64,000 nt of DNA from Thermoplasmata archaeon (GTDB lineage Archaea > Thermoplasmatota > Thermoplasmata > Methanomassiliicoccales > Methanomethylophilaceae). The notes below the pieces were generated by a model. That model did not search any database and was not told the DNA's origin. It saw only the letters and a program-made list of their open reading frames with translations. The stretch lies in contig SUTA01000001.1 in assembly GCA_015063135.1 (NCBI GenBank), positions 42,791 to 106,790 on the forward strand, in the 5' to 3' direction. Of this stretch, positions 43,415 to 54,163 are shown in pieces. The position numbers were made by a program, and so were the translations under genes. The number at the start of each line of letters is the position of its first letter. The first letter of the stretch is position 1.

Positions 43415-46400
43415 ACGGATAAGAAACTGCTAATAGCGCTGGCCTTGGCCCTGCTGACCCTACCCGCCCTCGTGGCGCTCGGGGACGCGCAGGAGTCCGA
43501 GGCCCTGCAACAGGGTAGCACCTACCGCAGCGGTGTCACCGACTACTACGTGCTCACCGACCCGGGGACCAAGAGCTACACCGATTCCACGCTCCCTTCT
43601 GCCTACATATACATAGACTGCTCCACGATCAAAGCGCGGGCTTTCGCGAACTGCACCAAGCTCGCCGATGTCATCTTCTCGCCCCAGGTGAAGACCGTCG
43701 GAGAGGAGGCCTTCAAGGGCTGCACCGGGCTGTACTCGGTGGAGGCCAAGGACGTGGAGACCATCGGGGCCTACGCCTTCGCGAACTCGACGCTCCATTA
43801 CATCGGCTTCGGCGGGAAGCTCACATCGCTGGGGGACCACGCCTTCGACGGCTGCTCCAGGCTCGGATCGTTCAGCACATGGTCCACCATGCTGACCTCC
43901 TTCGGGGACTACGTCTTCAGGGGGACCGCCCTGACGGCCATCGACCTCCGCGGGATCACATCCGTGTCCCCGACCGCGTTCTCCGGCCTGACCATCAGGG
44001 CCCAGGTCGTCGCCACGGGTCAGACTCTGTTCCTCCCGGGCATCGCGACTGTCTACATCGAGGACCGCAAGTACATCAACAGCATATACGCGAACTCGAC
44101 GGACATCTCCGTGGGCGTCAGGACGACCGGGTACCGCGCGATGGTGCAGGACCTGCAGGGCAACGACGTGAGCATCTCGGAGACCATAAACTACCCGTGG
44201 TACTCCTTCACCATACCCTACGAGGCGGAAGGCGTCTACGTCGTGTCCGCGCTCTCGTACACCATAACCTTCCCCTCGTCGATGGGCCTCGACCCAGTGG
44301 TGCTCGTCAGCGGAAACGGCAGCGTCCAGCTGCCGCATCCAGACATCGAGGGGATGTCCGGCTGGACCATAGACGGCTCCTCGACGTTCTGGAGCATCAG
44401 CGAGACCGCGATCTCCCCCAACAGGACAGTTGCCTTGAAGGCGATGGTCCCCGGCCTCGTCGAGACCTACGACCACTCCGCCCTCTCAGGGCGCACCGAC
44501 ACGTCGATGCTGCCCGTGCAGATGGCCTTCGTCCCCGGCGATAAGCTGGCAACGCTCCCAGACGTCGTCGGGTACAGGTTCGTCGGATGGGAGGTCGATG
44601 GCACGGAGTACAGCGCAGGCGACCAGATCCCGTCCTACCAGAACCATGTGGCGAAGAGCCTGTGGGCCGCCACGATAGTACGCACCGTCTCCTACCCCGC
44701 CCTGGGGCTCGAGGAGCCCGTTGAGTACGGGGCTCCTTACTACGTGACGTCCTCCGCGGCAGCGGAGGCCGACTCCCAGCGCTTCATCGGATGGTCCGCC
44801 GATGGCGGGAATACCGTGCTCAGGGCGAATGACCCGCTGAACGTCACCCGCAACGTGGTCCTCGCACCCGTGTTCGAGGAGAGGACCCCGTTCACAGTCG
44901 CCCTCGTCGACCGCGGGAGCACCGTCTCCGAGACCACCGTCTACGACGGCAGGTCCTACACCATATCAGCCGAGGACCCCCAGAAGGAATTCGGCGCATT
45001 CCGCCATTGGAATCTCGACGGCGAGGTCTACATCAGAGGGGACTCCTTCCATGTGACCGCCGACACCGTGCTCCAGGCCGTCTGGTCCGACATGCCCACA
45101 TCCACGGTCACGTACCACATCGGCAGCGGAGACGTCTCGTACACCTACCTTTCCGGCTACCCCATGACCATCTACTGCGACGTGCAGCCCGATGAGGGCA
45201 TGGTGCTCTCCGGATGGTCGCTCGAAGAGGGGTCCGGCATCGTCGCGCACGCCAACGGCAGCATGTGCTCTTTGGAATCCGACCTGGACCTGTATCCCGT
45301 CTGGGCGGTCGGAGAACGCGTCATCGTGACCTTCCACGGCACGACTGGCGGGGACGTCGCCATCCCCATGATCCCCGGGAAGGTCATGGACGTGACGCAG
45401 GCCGCACCGGCCATCGAGCACTTCCGGTTCCTCGGATGGTCGCTCTCCGATGGTGCCGCCGCGGCCGATTTCCCTATCGGCTCCGAGATCGCCGCATCCA
45501 GGGACATCGATCTGTACCCGCTGTACGTCGAGGACCCGAAGGCCACGCTGACCTACATCCTCCACGACGGCAGCGATTCCATCGTTGTCTATGCCGGAAC
45601 GACCGTCACTGTGGGGGCTGGCGGACAGCCCTCCAGGGACGGATACACGTTCTCCGGATGGAGGGATGCGGCATCATCGGAGATCCACGCCAACGGCGAA
45701 AGCATGACCGTCCTGCACGACATGATCCTCGTAGCCGAATGGGAGCTGATCCCCGACACGATAACCCTGACCTTCCACGGCACCACCGAGGGGGACGTCA
45801 CGATAGTCATGATAGCGGGAGACGTCGCCCAGATCACCCAGGCCGCACCGGCCATCGAGCACTTCCGGTTCCTCGGATGGTCTCACTCCGCCAGCGCTTC
45901 CTCCGCCGACTACACCGTCGGCTCCGAGATATCCGCATTCGGCGACATCGACCTGTATCCGCTGTACGTCGAGGACCCGAAGGCCACCCTCACCTACATC
46001 AACCAGACCGTAGGCACCTCTGCGGTCCTCTACTGCGGCACGACCGTGACCGTGGGGACCGGCAGCCAGCCCGTCAGGGACGGGTACGAGTTCGCCGGAT
46101 GGAAGGATGCGAAGTCCTCGGCCGTCTACGCTAACGGAGACAGCCTGACCGTCACGCACGACATGATCCTCGTCGCCGATTGGACCCTCATCCCCATCAC
46201 GGTCCGCCTGACCTTCCACGGCACCACCGAAGGCGACGTTTCTGTCGTGAAGGTCCTCGGCACCACTGCCGAGATCACCCAGGCGGCACCGGCCATCGAG
46301 CACTTCCGGTTCCTCGGATGGTCGCTCTCCGCCGACAGGTCATCAGCGGACTTCGCGCCCGGCTCCGAGATCACGGCATCAGGGAACGTCGACCTGTACC

Positions 46401-47919
46401 CGGTCTACATCGAGGACCCCAAGGCAACCCTGACCTACATCACGCACAGCGAGAGCTCTTCGACGACAGTCTACACGGGCAACGTCGTGACGATCGGGAC
46501 CGGCGACGAGCCCGTAAGGGACGGGTACGCTTTCGCCGGATGGAGGGATGCAGCGTCGTCAGCCGTTCACGGCGACGGCGACAGCCTGGCCGTCACGCAT
46601 GACACGATCCTTGTCGCGGAATGGACACCGATACCTACCACGGTCCTCCTGACGTTCCACGGCACGACCGAGGGCGACGTCTCAGTAGTGAAGGTCCTCG
46701 GCACCGCAACCGAGATCACTCAGACCGCGCCTGCCGTGGAGCACTTCGAGTTCCTCGGATGGTCGCTCTCCGCCGACAGGTCCTCAGCGGACTTCGCCCC
46801 CGGATCCGTGATCACGGCGTCCGGGAACGTCGACCTGTACCCGATTTACGCGGAGGACCCCAAGGCCACTGTGACCTACATCACCCACGAAGGGAGCGCT
46901 TCGACCGCCCTCTACTGCGGCACCACCGTGACCGTTGGTACCGATGACGAGCCCGTCAGGGACGGGTATGCCTTCGCAGGATGGAGGGATGCGGAGTCCT
47001 CGGCCGTCTATGGAAACGGCGACAGCCTGACCGTAGCCCATGACACCGCCCTGGTGGCCGAGTGGACCCTGATCCCCGACACGATAACCGTGACGTTCCA
47101 CGGCACGACCGAGGGGGACGTCTCCATGGTCATGGCCGCCGGGGATGTCGCGGAGGTTACCCAGACTGCGCCCGCCATCGAGCACTTCGAGTTCCTCGGA
47201 TGGTCGCTCAACGCCGACGCTGACGCGGCCGACTTCTGGCTGGGCTCCGAGATCTCCGCATTCGACGACATCGACCTCTATCCGCTCTACGAGGAGGACC
47301 CGAAGGTGACCGTCACCCACGTCACCCATCATGGGAGCACCTCGACCGCGGTCTATGCTGGAACGGCAGTGACCGTTGGGACCGGCGTAGAGCCCGCTAG
47401 GAGCGGGTACTCTTTCGCCGGATGGAGGGATGCAGCGTCGTCAGCCGTTCACGGCGACGGGACAGCCTGGCCGTCACGCATGACACGATCCTGGTCGCGG
47501 AATGGACGCCCATCCAGGCCTCGCCGCAGAGCCCTGGTGCATCCCAGCAGCAATCCGGAGCCGGCTCGGGCGGCTCCCGGCCCCAGGCATCGCCATCGGG
47601 CACGGAACCCCAGAGCACGCAGGACGAGCCCGCGACCGCCCCGGCGGAGCAGGAGGACCCCGTGGCGGATGCTCCGGAGGAGTCCCCGGTCGAGGACGAG
47701 CCCGGAACGGAAGTCCCGGAGGAGCCCGCGACGGAAGTCCCGGAGGAGCCCTCAGAGGTGCCCTTCGAGACAGATGAGCCGTCCGAGGACGCCCCCTCCG
47801 CCGATCCTTCGGAATCTGAGGGCAAGAAGAAGGGGACGTCGACCGCCCTGGCGGGGCTGGGAGCTGTGATCGCGGCCACCTGCCTCGGCCTGGGGCTGAT
47901 CTACTTCCGCAAGTCCCGA
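43415..47919 (+). CDS. Large surface/adhesin-like protein (signal peptide, BspA-type LRRs, InlB B-repeats, acidic Pro-rich stalk, C-terminal TM); frameshifted
   Basis: DKKLLIALALALL signal; AF..C..L LRRs; repeated F.GW...LYP/AEW units. 1-nt deletion at about 47460. TM plus FRKS then CGA. Start codon ambiguous. Confidence 0.75.
45329..47510 (+). repeat. Five tandem 441-bp (147-aa) coding repeats
   Basis: The AC(C/G)TTCCACGGCAC unit starts at 45329, 45770, 46211, 46652 and 47093. Confidence 0.85.
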
Positions 47920-48017
47920 GACGCGCGACAAACCCATTAGGGGGCCCTCGGGCCCCTGCCCCCCTCTGCCGGACCGTCATCCCCTTATACCGCCGTCACT
48001 TAATCACGCACGTTAAC

Positions 48018-49949
48018 ATGGCCATAACCAGACTGGGGAAGAACCACCTGAGGTGGTGCTACGAATGCAACCTGCCCATCATGGAGTCCAAGGAGTGCCC
48101 GGTTTGCGGGTCCCCCACCTCCGAGATCGTCCTCACGCCGCCGGCGGACGCCAGGCCCGGCTTCGAGCATGACATCTCTCTCATCAGGGGGATCCTGGAC
48201 CGCGACTACGGCGAGGGCACCGGAGCCCGCGTCATCCCCGACGACAGGGTGGTCCTCCTGAGCAAGGCGCCCGGCCTCGACCGCATGGACGAGGTCATCA
48301 TCGACGGCGAGGTCATCGCCACGATGCGCTACGACATAGGCTCGGGATGGAAGTTCGTGGCCAGGATGCAGGGGGCGTACCGCATCGGAGGGGACGTCTC
48401 CAAGGGATACGTCGTCTGCGACGAAGGCGCCGTGAAGTTCATCAGGGAGAGCAAGAACCTCATGGCCCCCGGCGTCAAGGAGGCCGACCCCGGGATAAAG
48501 GTCGGCGACGAGATCATCATAATCAACTCCGCGAAGGAGGTCATCGCCACCGGCCTGGCCAGGATGTCCGGGTCCGAGATGGTCGCCGCCGACAAGGGCG
48601 TGGCCGTCAAGACCAGGTGGTACAAGCCCGAGGAGTTCGTGGACCGCTCTGGGAAGCCCAACTCCTGGGAGAAGGTCGTGGAGGCGAACGCCGCGGTCAT
48701 AGAGAAGCGCATCACGGAGGCCACCGGGTTCATCAGGAACACCATCGAGAAGAACAACCTGCCCGCGATAGTCTCCTTCTCCGGCGGGAAGGACTCGCTG
48801 GCCACGCTGCTCCTCACGGTGGACGCCGGACTGAAGCTGCCCGTCCTCTTCGTGGACACCGGCCTCGAGTTCGACGAGACCGTCCAGCACGTCAGGGACG
48901 TCTGCGCCAGGCACGGCCTGCAGCTCATGGAGGAGAAGGCCCCCACGGACGCCTTCTTCGGGAACCTCGTCTACTTCGGGCCCCCGGCGAAGGACTTCAG
49001 GTGGTGCTGCAAGACCAACAAGCTCGGGCCCACCGTCGGGGCGATCACCAAGAACTTCCCCGACGGGGTGCTGTCCTTCATCGGCCAGAGGAAGTACGAG
49101 TCCGAGGCCAGGAACCAGAAGCCGAGGGTGTGGAGGAACCCCTGGACCCCCGGCCAGATAGGCGCGTCCCCCATCCAGAACTGGGCCGCCATGCACGTCT
49201 GGCTGTACATCTTCATGAGGAAGGAGCCCTACAACGTGTGGTACACCCGCGGCCTCGACAGGATCGGATGCTTCCTCTGCCCCGCGTCAGACCTCGCCGA
49301 GTTCGACGCGGTCGCCGGCGCCAGCTCCAGGTGGGGCCAGTGGGACGAGTACCTCACCAAGTACATGGAGGAGCGCGGCCTGCCCAAGGAGTGGAAGGAG
49401 TACGGCCTCTGGAGGTGGAAGAACGCCCCCGACTCCATCAGGCGGGAGGTCCAGAGGGTCTCCGGCAGGGACGTCTCCGAGCTCACGAGGCAGACCAAGA
49501 CGCCGGAGAAGGGCCCGCTGACCATCAGGAAGCAGGAGGGCTTCTCCCCGTGCACCATCGGTTACAGCGTCGAGGCCGCCCTCTCCAGGCCCATCAACCT
49601 GGAGGAGGTCAAGCCGTTCTGCCATGCCCTGGGATGGGTGGTGGACATGGACCCCGAGGGCGAGTTCGTCACCGCAGATTACATCACGATCTACCGCGAG
49701 GGCAGCATCATCTGCAAGTCCCATGTCCAGAACGACGCCGCGATGCTCATGGACCAGACCTTCCAGGTCATCGTCAGGGCGGAGCAGTGCGTCGGCTGCG
49801 GCCTCTGCGCCGCCAGATGCGAGGAGGGGGCGCTCTACATGGAGGGCGGCAAGGTCCGCATCCACGAGGACGAGTGCATATTCTGCAAGGACTGCTTCGG
49901 CCCCTGCCCATCGGTGAACTTCGTCAGGGACGAGGGTTTCGACCAACGA
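48018..49949 (+). CDS. PAPS/APS-reductase-family protein with PUA and 4Fe-4S domains
   Basis: N-terminal Zn ribbon, PUA, SFSGGKDS, WCCKTNK, RIGCFLCP, two CxxCxxCxxxC motifs. Ends GFDQ-CGA. Confidence 0.85.
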
Positions 49950-49978
49950 TTTTATCATAATGAGAGGATGCGGGAACC

Positions 49979-50629
49979 ATGATGATCGACCCCGACGACC
50001 TGGCAGCGGTCATGGAGAAGGATCCGGCCGTTGTGGATGAGGATGACGCCATTAGGTACCACGCTGGATTCCACGCGGTGTGCCTCTACAGGGAGGCCCA
50101 CAAGCTCTGGGAGGCCGGGGAGTTCGACAAGGCAAGGGAGCTCAACTTCAGGTCCATCAACCTCACCGGGTGCGACATCCACCCCGCGGCGAAGATCGGC
50201 AAGAGGTTCTTCGTCGACCACGCCATCGGCGTGGTCATCGGAGAGACCGCAGAGATCGGGGAGGACGTCTGCATCTACCAGGGCGTCACCCTGGGAGGCG
50301 TTTCCTTCAACAAGGGCAAGAGGCACCCCACCGTGGGGAACCACGTGGTCATCGGGTGCAACGCGTCCGTGCTCGGCAACATCACCATCGGCGACAACGT
50401 GCGCATCGGCGCCGGCTCCGTCGTCCTCAGCGACGTGCCCGACCACTGCACAGTTGTCGGCGTCCCCGGGAGGATCGTCAGGCGCGCCGGGATCAAGACC
50501 AGCGGGTCAGACCTGATGCACAACGACCTGCCGGACCCCGAGGAGGACCAGATCCAGGCCATGGCCAGGGAGATCGAGGAGCTCAAGGCCCAGGTGAGGG
50601 CCCTCGCAGAGGCGCTGGAGAGGAAGCGA
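49979..50629 (+). CDS. cysE: Serine O-acetyltransferase
   Basis: [39 protein letters not shown]. Ends ERK-CGA. Confidence 0.88.
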
Positions 50630-50630
50630 T

Positions 50631-51560
50631 TCGCTCCAGGCCGTCTATCTTCACTATCTGCGCGTTCTGGCGCTTCATCATGTCCTCGACCAGCTCCAGC
50701 GCCGCATCGTTGCCGGCCCTGGCCGCCTTCCCGAAGTACTCGAAGCCCTTCTCCGCGTTCTGGGCCACCCCGAGTCCCTCCAGGTACATCCTGCCGACCA
50801 TGAACAGCGCATCGCCGTCGCCGGTCTCGGCGACCTCGCTGTAGAGCTCGAACGCCTTTCCCAGGTCCTTCGCCTCGCCGACGCCCTCATAGTACATCGT
50901 CGCGAGGTTGAACTTGGCCGGCATGAACCCCTGGCTGGCCGCGGCCTCGTACCAGTGCACGGCGGTGGCCCTCCCGCCGGGGACGTCCCCCGCCAGCGCG
51001 AGGGATGCCATCTTGAACTGGGCCTCCGGGACCCCGCGGACGGCCGCCATCATGAAGAACCTTACCGCCTCGTCCTTGTCCTTCTCGCACCCGACGCCCT
51101 CCGAGCGCATGTATGCGACCTTGAACATGGACAGGGGATCGCCGGCCTCCGCGGCCATGGAATACCAGTGGAACGCCTTCTCCGGGTCCTGCGGCGTGCC
51201 GTAGCCGTACATGTAGATGCCCCCGATCTCGGGGTAGGCCTCGACCATCCCTGCCTCCGCGGCCTTCTCGAACCAGTGCTTGCACTGCTCGCGGTTCTCG
51301 ATGAACCCGTCCACGCCGGAGTACAGCATGCCGAGCCTGTACATGGACGGGGGGTGCCCGGCCATGGCCGCGGCGGTGTACAGCTGGGCGGCGCCCTCGG
51401 GGTCCTTGTCCGTGGCGGTGCCGGTCAGCTTCATCTCCGCCAGGCCGAAGAACCCGTTCGGATAGCCGGCCTCCGCGGCCTGCCTGAAGAGGTCGTACGC
51501 CCTCTCCGGATCGGTTTGGTAGCACTCGACTGCCTGGTCGCAAAGCTCGGAAGGCTCCAT
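50631..51560 (-). CDS. Sel1-like repeat protein
   Basis: Multiple A..W...AAE.G / A.F.L..MY..G.G repeats. Ends IDGLE-CGA, convergent with cysE. Confidence 0.85.
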
Positions 51561-51821
51561 GCCACGGCGATTGCGACGGTGGATGATAACCGTTCGCACG
51601 GGGATCGTCGTTTTTTCCATTGGAAGCACGGGGTTCCAGCACCGGGGCCCTGCCAGAGGGATGGTTTCGTCTCTGCAACTCGGCCGAAAGCCTGATGGCT
51701 TCTGGCTCCGGAGCCATCATCTCCAGTTCGGGGCCCGGCCCCTGCCTGCCTCCGCCGGCCCACCGCCCGCGAGGGGTCCCGCGACCGTTCCGTTTATCAT
51801 CTACCCGCGAGATTACCGTCC

Positions 51822-52001
51822 ATGGTCCAGAAACCCCTGATAACCGCCGTCGTCATCGTCGCGGCTATCCTCGTTGGGCTGTCGTTCGCGATGGTCGCCT
51901 TCCCCGACTCCATCAACGACTTCATGTACGTCTACGGAGCAGTCGGGCTGATCGCCATCTTGATCCTCGTCGTCATGCTCTTCAGGATGCGCCAAATCCG
52001 A
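51822..52001 (+). CDS. Small two-TM membrane protein
   Basis: Two hydrophobic helices, then RMRQI-CGA. Confidence 0.55.
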
Positions 52002-52128
52002 GACTACGGAATTCGTAGCGGCCCTAGCGGCCTTAAATAAACGTCCCGGCTTGAATTGTGCCTCTGCGAAAAACGTAGCGCATAATACCCGTTATATACG
52101 GTAAACTAGATACCTCGCACGATGGGAT

Positions 52129-54156
52129 ATGAAGGTAGGAATCGACCTAGGAACCACCTACTCTGCAGTTGCGAGATATGACAAGAACACGAACAAGACC
52201 GCGATAATTCAGAACTCCTTCGGGAAGGACATAACGCCCTCCGTCATCTGCTTCCTGGACGACGGCGACATCCTCGTCGGCGAGGACGCCAAGGACATGC
52301 AGGCCAACGGCGCAGGCGTGAACGCGGCCGCGTTCAAGAGGAACATGGGCGACGGCACCGTGGCCGTCAGCTTCAACGGCAAGGACTACACCGCCGAGGA
52401 CCTGTCCGCCATGCTGCTGAAGCACCTCATCGAGGATGCTGAGAAGACCTCCGGGGAGAAGATCACCGAAGCTGTCATCACCGTCCCCGCCTACTTCAAC
52501 GACTTCCAGAGGACCGCCACCATCCGTGCCGGCGAGTCCTGCGGGGTCAAGGTCCCCAAGATCATCAACGAGCCCACAGCCGCGGCCATCTCCTACGGGT
52601 ACAAGCACGCCAGCGACAAGACCGTCATGGTCTACGACCTGGGCGGCGGCACCTTCGATGTCACCATCGTCAGGATCTCCAAGGGCAACATAGAGGTCGT
52701 CGGAACCGACGGCAACCACCTCCTCGGAGGCAAGGACTGGGACGCCGAGATCGTCAAGTTCGTCTGCGACCAGTTCAAGGACGAGTACGACCTGGACCCC
52801 AGGGACGACCTGTCCACCAAGAACGAGCTCATCGTCCAGGCCGAGAGCTGGAAGAAGACCCTCTCCATCGCGGAGAACGTCCAGATCCAGGTCAACTACC
52901 AGGGCTACAGCGCGAAATACCAGCTCACCAGGGAGGAGTTCGAGTCCATGACCGAGTACCTCCTCATCACCACCAAGCAGGTCTGCTCCGACCTGATCGA
53001 CTCCCTCGGCATGGCCTGGACGGACATCGACGAGATCCTCCTGTGCGGGGGATCCACCAGGATGCCCGCCGTCGCCAAGTTCCTGAAGGACATGACCGGC
53101 AGGGAGGTCATCGCCCACAGCGACACCGACCTGGCGGTCGCCAAGGGCGCGGCCATCACCGCAGAGCTCTACTGCAGCACCGCCACCGGCATGAGGGCGA
53201 TGCAGATCGACGACGTCACCGCCCACAGCCTCGGGGTGCTCTCCGTATCCCAGGACGGCACCAAGTACGTCAACGAGATCATGATCAAGAGGAACTCCAA
53301 GATCCCCAGCACCGTCCGCAGGCAGTTCACCATCAAAGAGGGCAACAACACCGACAAGATCGAGGTGTACACCCTGCAGGGAGAGTCCAGGATGCCCCTG
53401 GACTGCAACGTGCTGGCCAAGGTGGTCATCACAGGGTTCTACAACAACGGACGCGGGGTCATCGTCGACATCGAGTACAACTACGACGAGAACGGCGTGG
53501 TCAACATCTCCGCTTTCCAGGACGGCAACGCCCTGGACGTGGCCTCCATGCCCGTTCCCGACGACATCAGGTGGATGGGCGGCAACCCCAAGGACAGGGT
53601 CAACAAGGACTCCGTCCTCAAGAACATCGCCATCTGCGTGGACCTGTCCAGGAGCATGGAGGGCGAGCCCATCGAGGCCGCCAAGTCCTCCATCCGCAGC
53701 TTCGTCAACGCCCTTAGCGACGACAAGACCAAGTTCTCGCTCATCGGGTTCGGCGACAAGATCAAGGTCGTCTCCGAGCTCACCTCCGACTCCCAGGCCA
53801 TCCTGGGATCCATCGACGACCTCAAGGTCAAGATGGTCGGGAGGGGGACGGACGCCAGCCCTCTGGACACCGCCAGGGGCATGCTCGCCTCCAAACCCGG
53901 CATCGGCATCATCGTCGTCCTGACGGACGGCATCTGGGGCAAGAGGGAGCGCGCCGTGGAGCAGGCGCTCGGATGCAGGTCCGACGGCATCACCATCATC
54001 GCCGTGGGCCTGGGCGAGGCCGACACCTCGTTCCTGAGGCAGATCGCGACCGTGGACGACGGAGCGCTGTTCACCACCATCGACAGGATGGGCGAGACGT
54101 TCGGCACCATCGCCACCGCCATCTCCACCGGCAGCATGGGCCTCCGCGAGCAGTGA
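52129..54156 (+). CDS. Atypical Hsp70 fused to a C-terminal vWA domain
   Basis: GIDLGTTYS, TVPAYF, INEPTAAA, DLGGGTFD, GGSTRMP. vWA MIDAS DLSRS and VLTDG. Confidence 0.85.
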   Translation: MKVGIDLGTTYSAVARYDKNTNKTAIIQNSFGKDITPSVICFLDDGDILVGEDAKDMQANGAGVNAAAFKRNMGDGTVAVSFNGKDYTAEDLSAMLLKHLIEDAEKTSGEKITEAVITVPAYFNDFQRTATIRAGESCGVKVPKIINEPTAAAISYGYKHASDKTVMVYDLGGGTFDVTIVRISKGNIEVVGTDGNHLLGGKDWDAEIVKFVCDQFKDEYDLDPRDDLSTKNELIVQAESWKKTLSIAENVQIQVNYQGYSAKYQLTREEFESMTEYLLITTKQVCSDLIDSLGMAWTDIDEILLCGGSTRMPAVAKFLKDMTGREVIAHSDTDLAVAKGAAITAELYCSTATGMRAMQIDDVTAHSLGVLSVSQDGTKYVNEIMIKRNSKIPSTVRRQFTIKEGNNTDKIEVYTLQGESRMPLDCNVLAKVVITGFYNNGRGVIVDIEYNYDENGVVNISAFQDGNALDVASMPVPDDIRWMGGNPKDRVNKDSVLKNIAICVDLSRSMEGEPIEAAKSSIRSFVNALSDDKTKFSLIGFGDKIKVVSELTSDSQAILGSIDDLKVKMVGRGTDASPLDTARGMLASKPGIGIIVVLTDGIWGKRERAVEQALGCRSDGITIIAVGLGEADTSFLRQIATVDDGALFTTIDRMGETFGTIATAISTGSMGLREQ

Positions 54157-54163
54157 GGCTCAC

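Noticed and set aside
41996-47869. 1957-aa UbiD-adhesin 'fusion' ORF
   Set aside because: Four in-frame CGA codons and non-coding-like sequence (43301-43396) separate a complete UbiD from a signal-peptide protein, so these are two genes.
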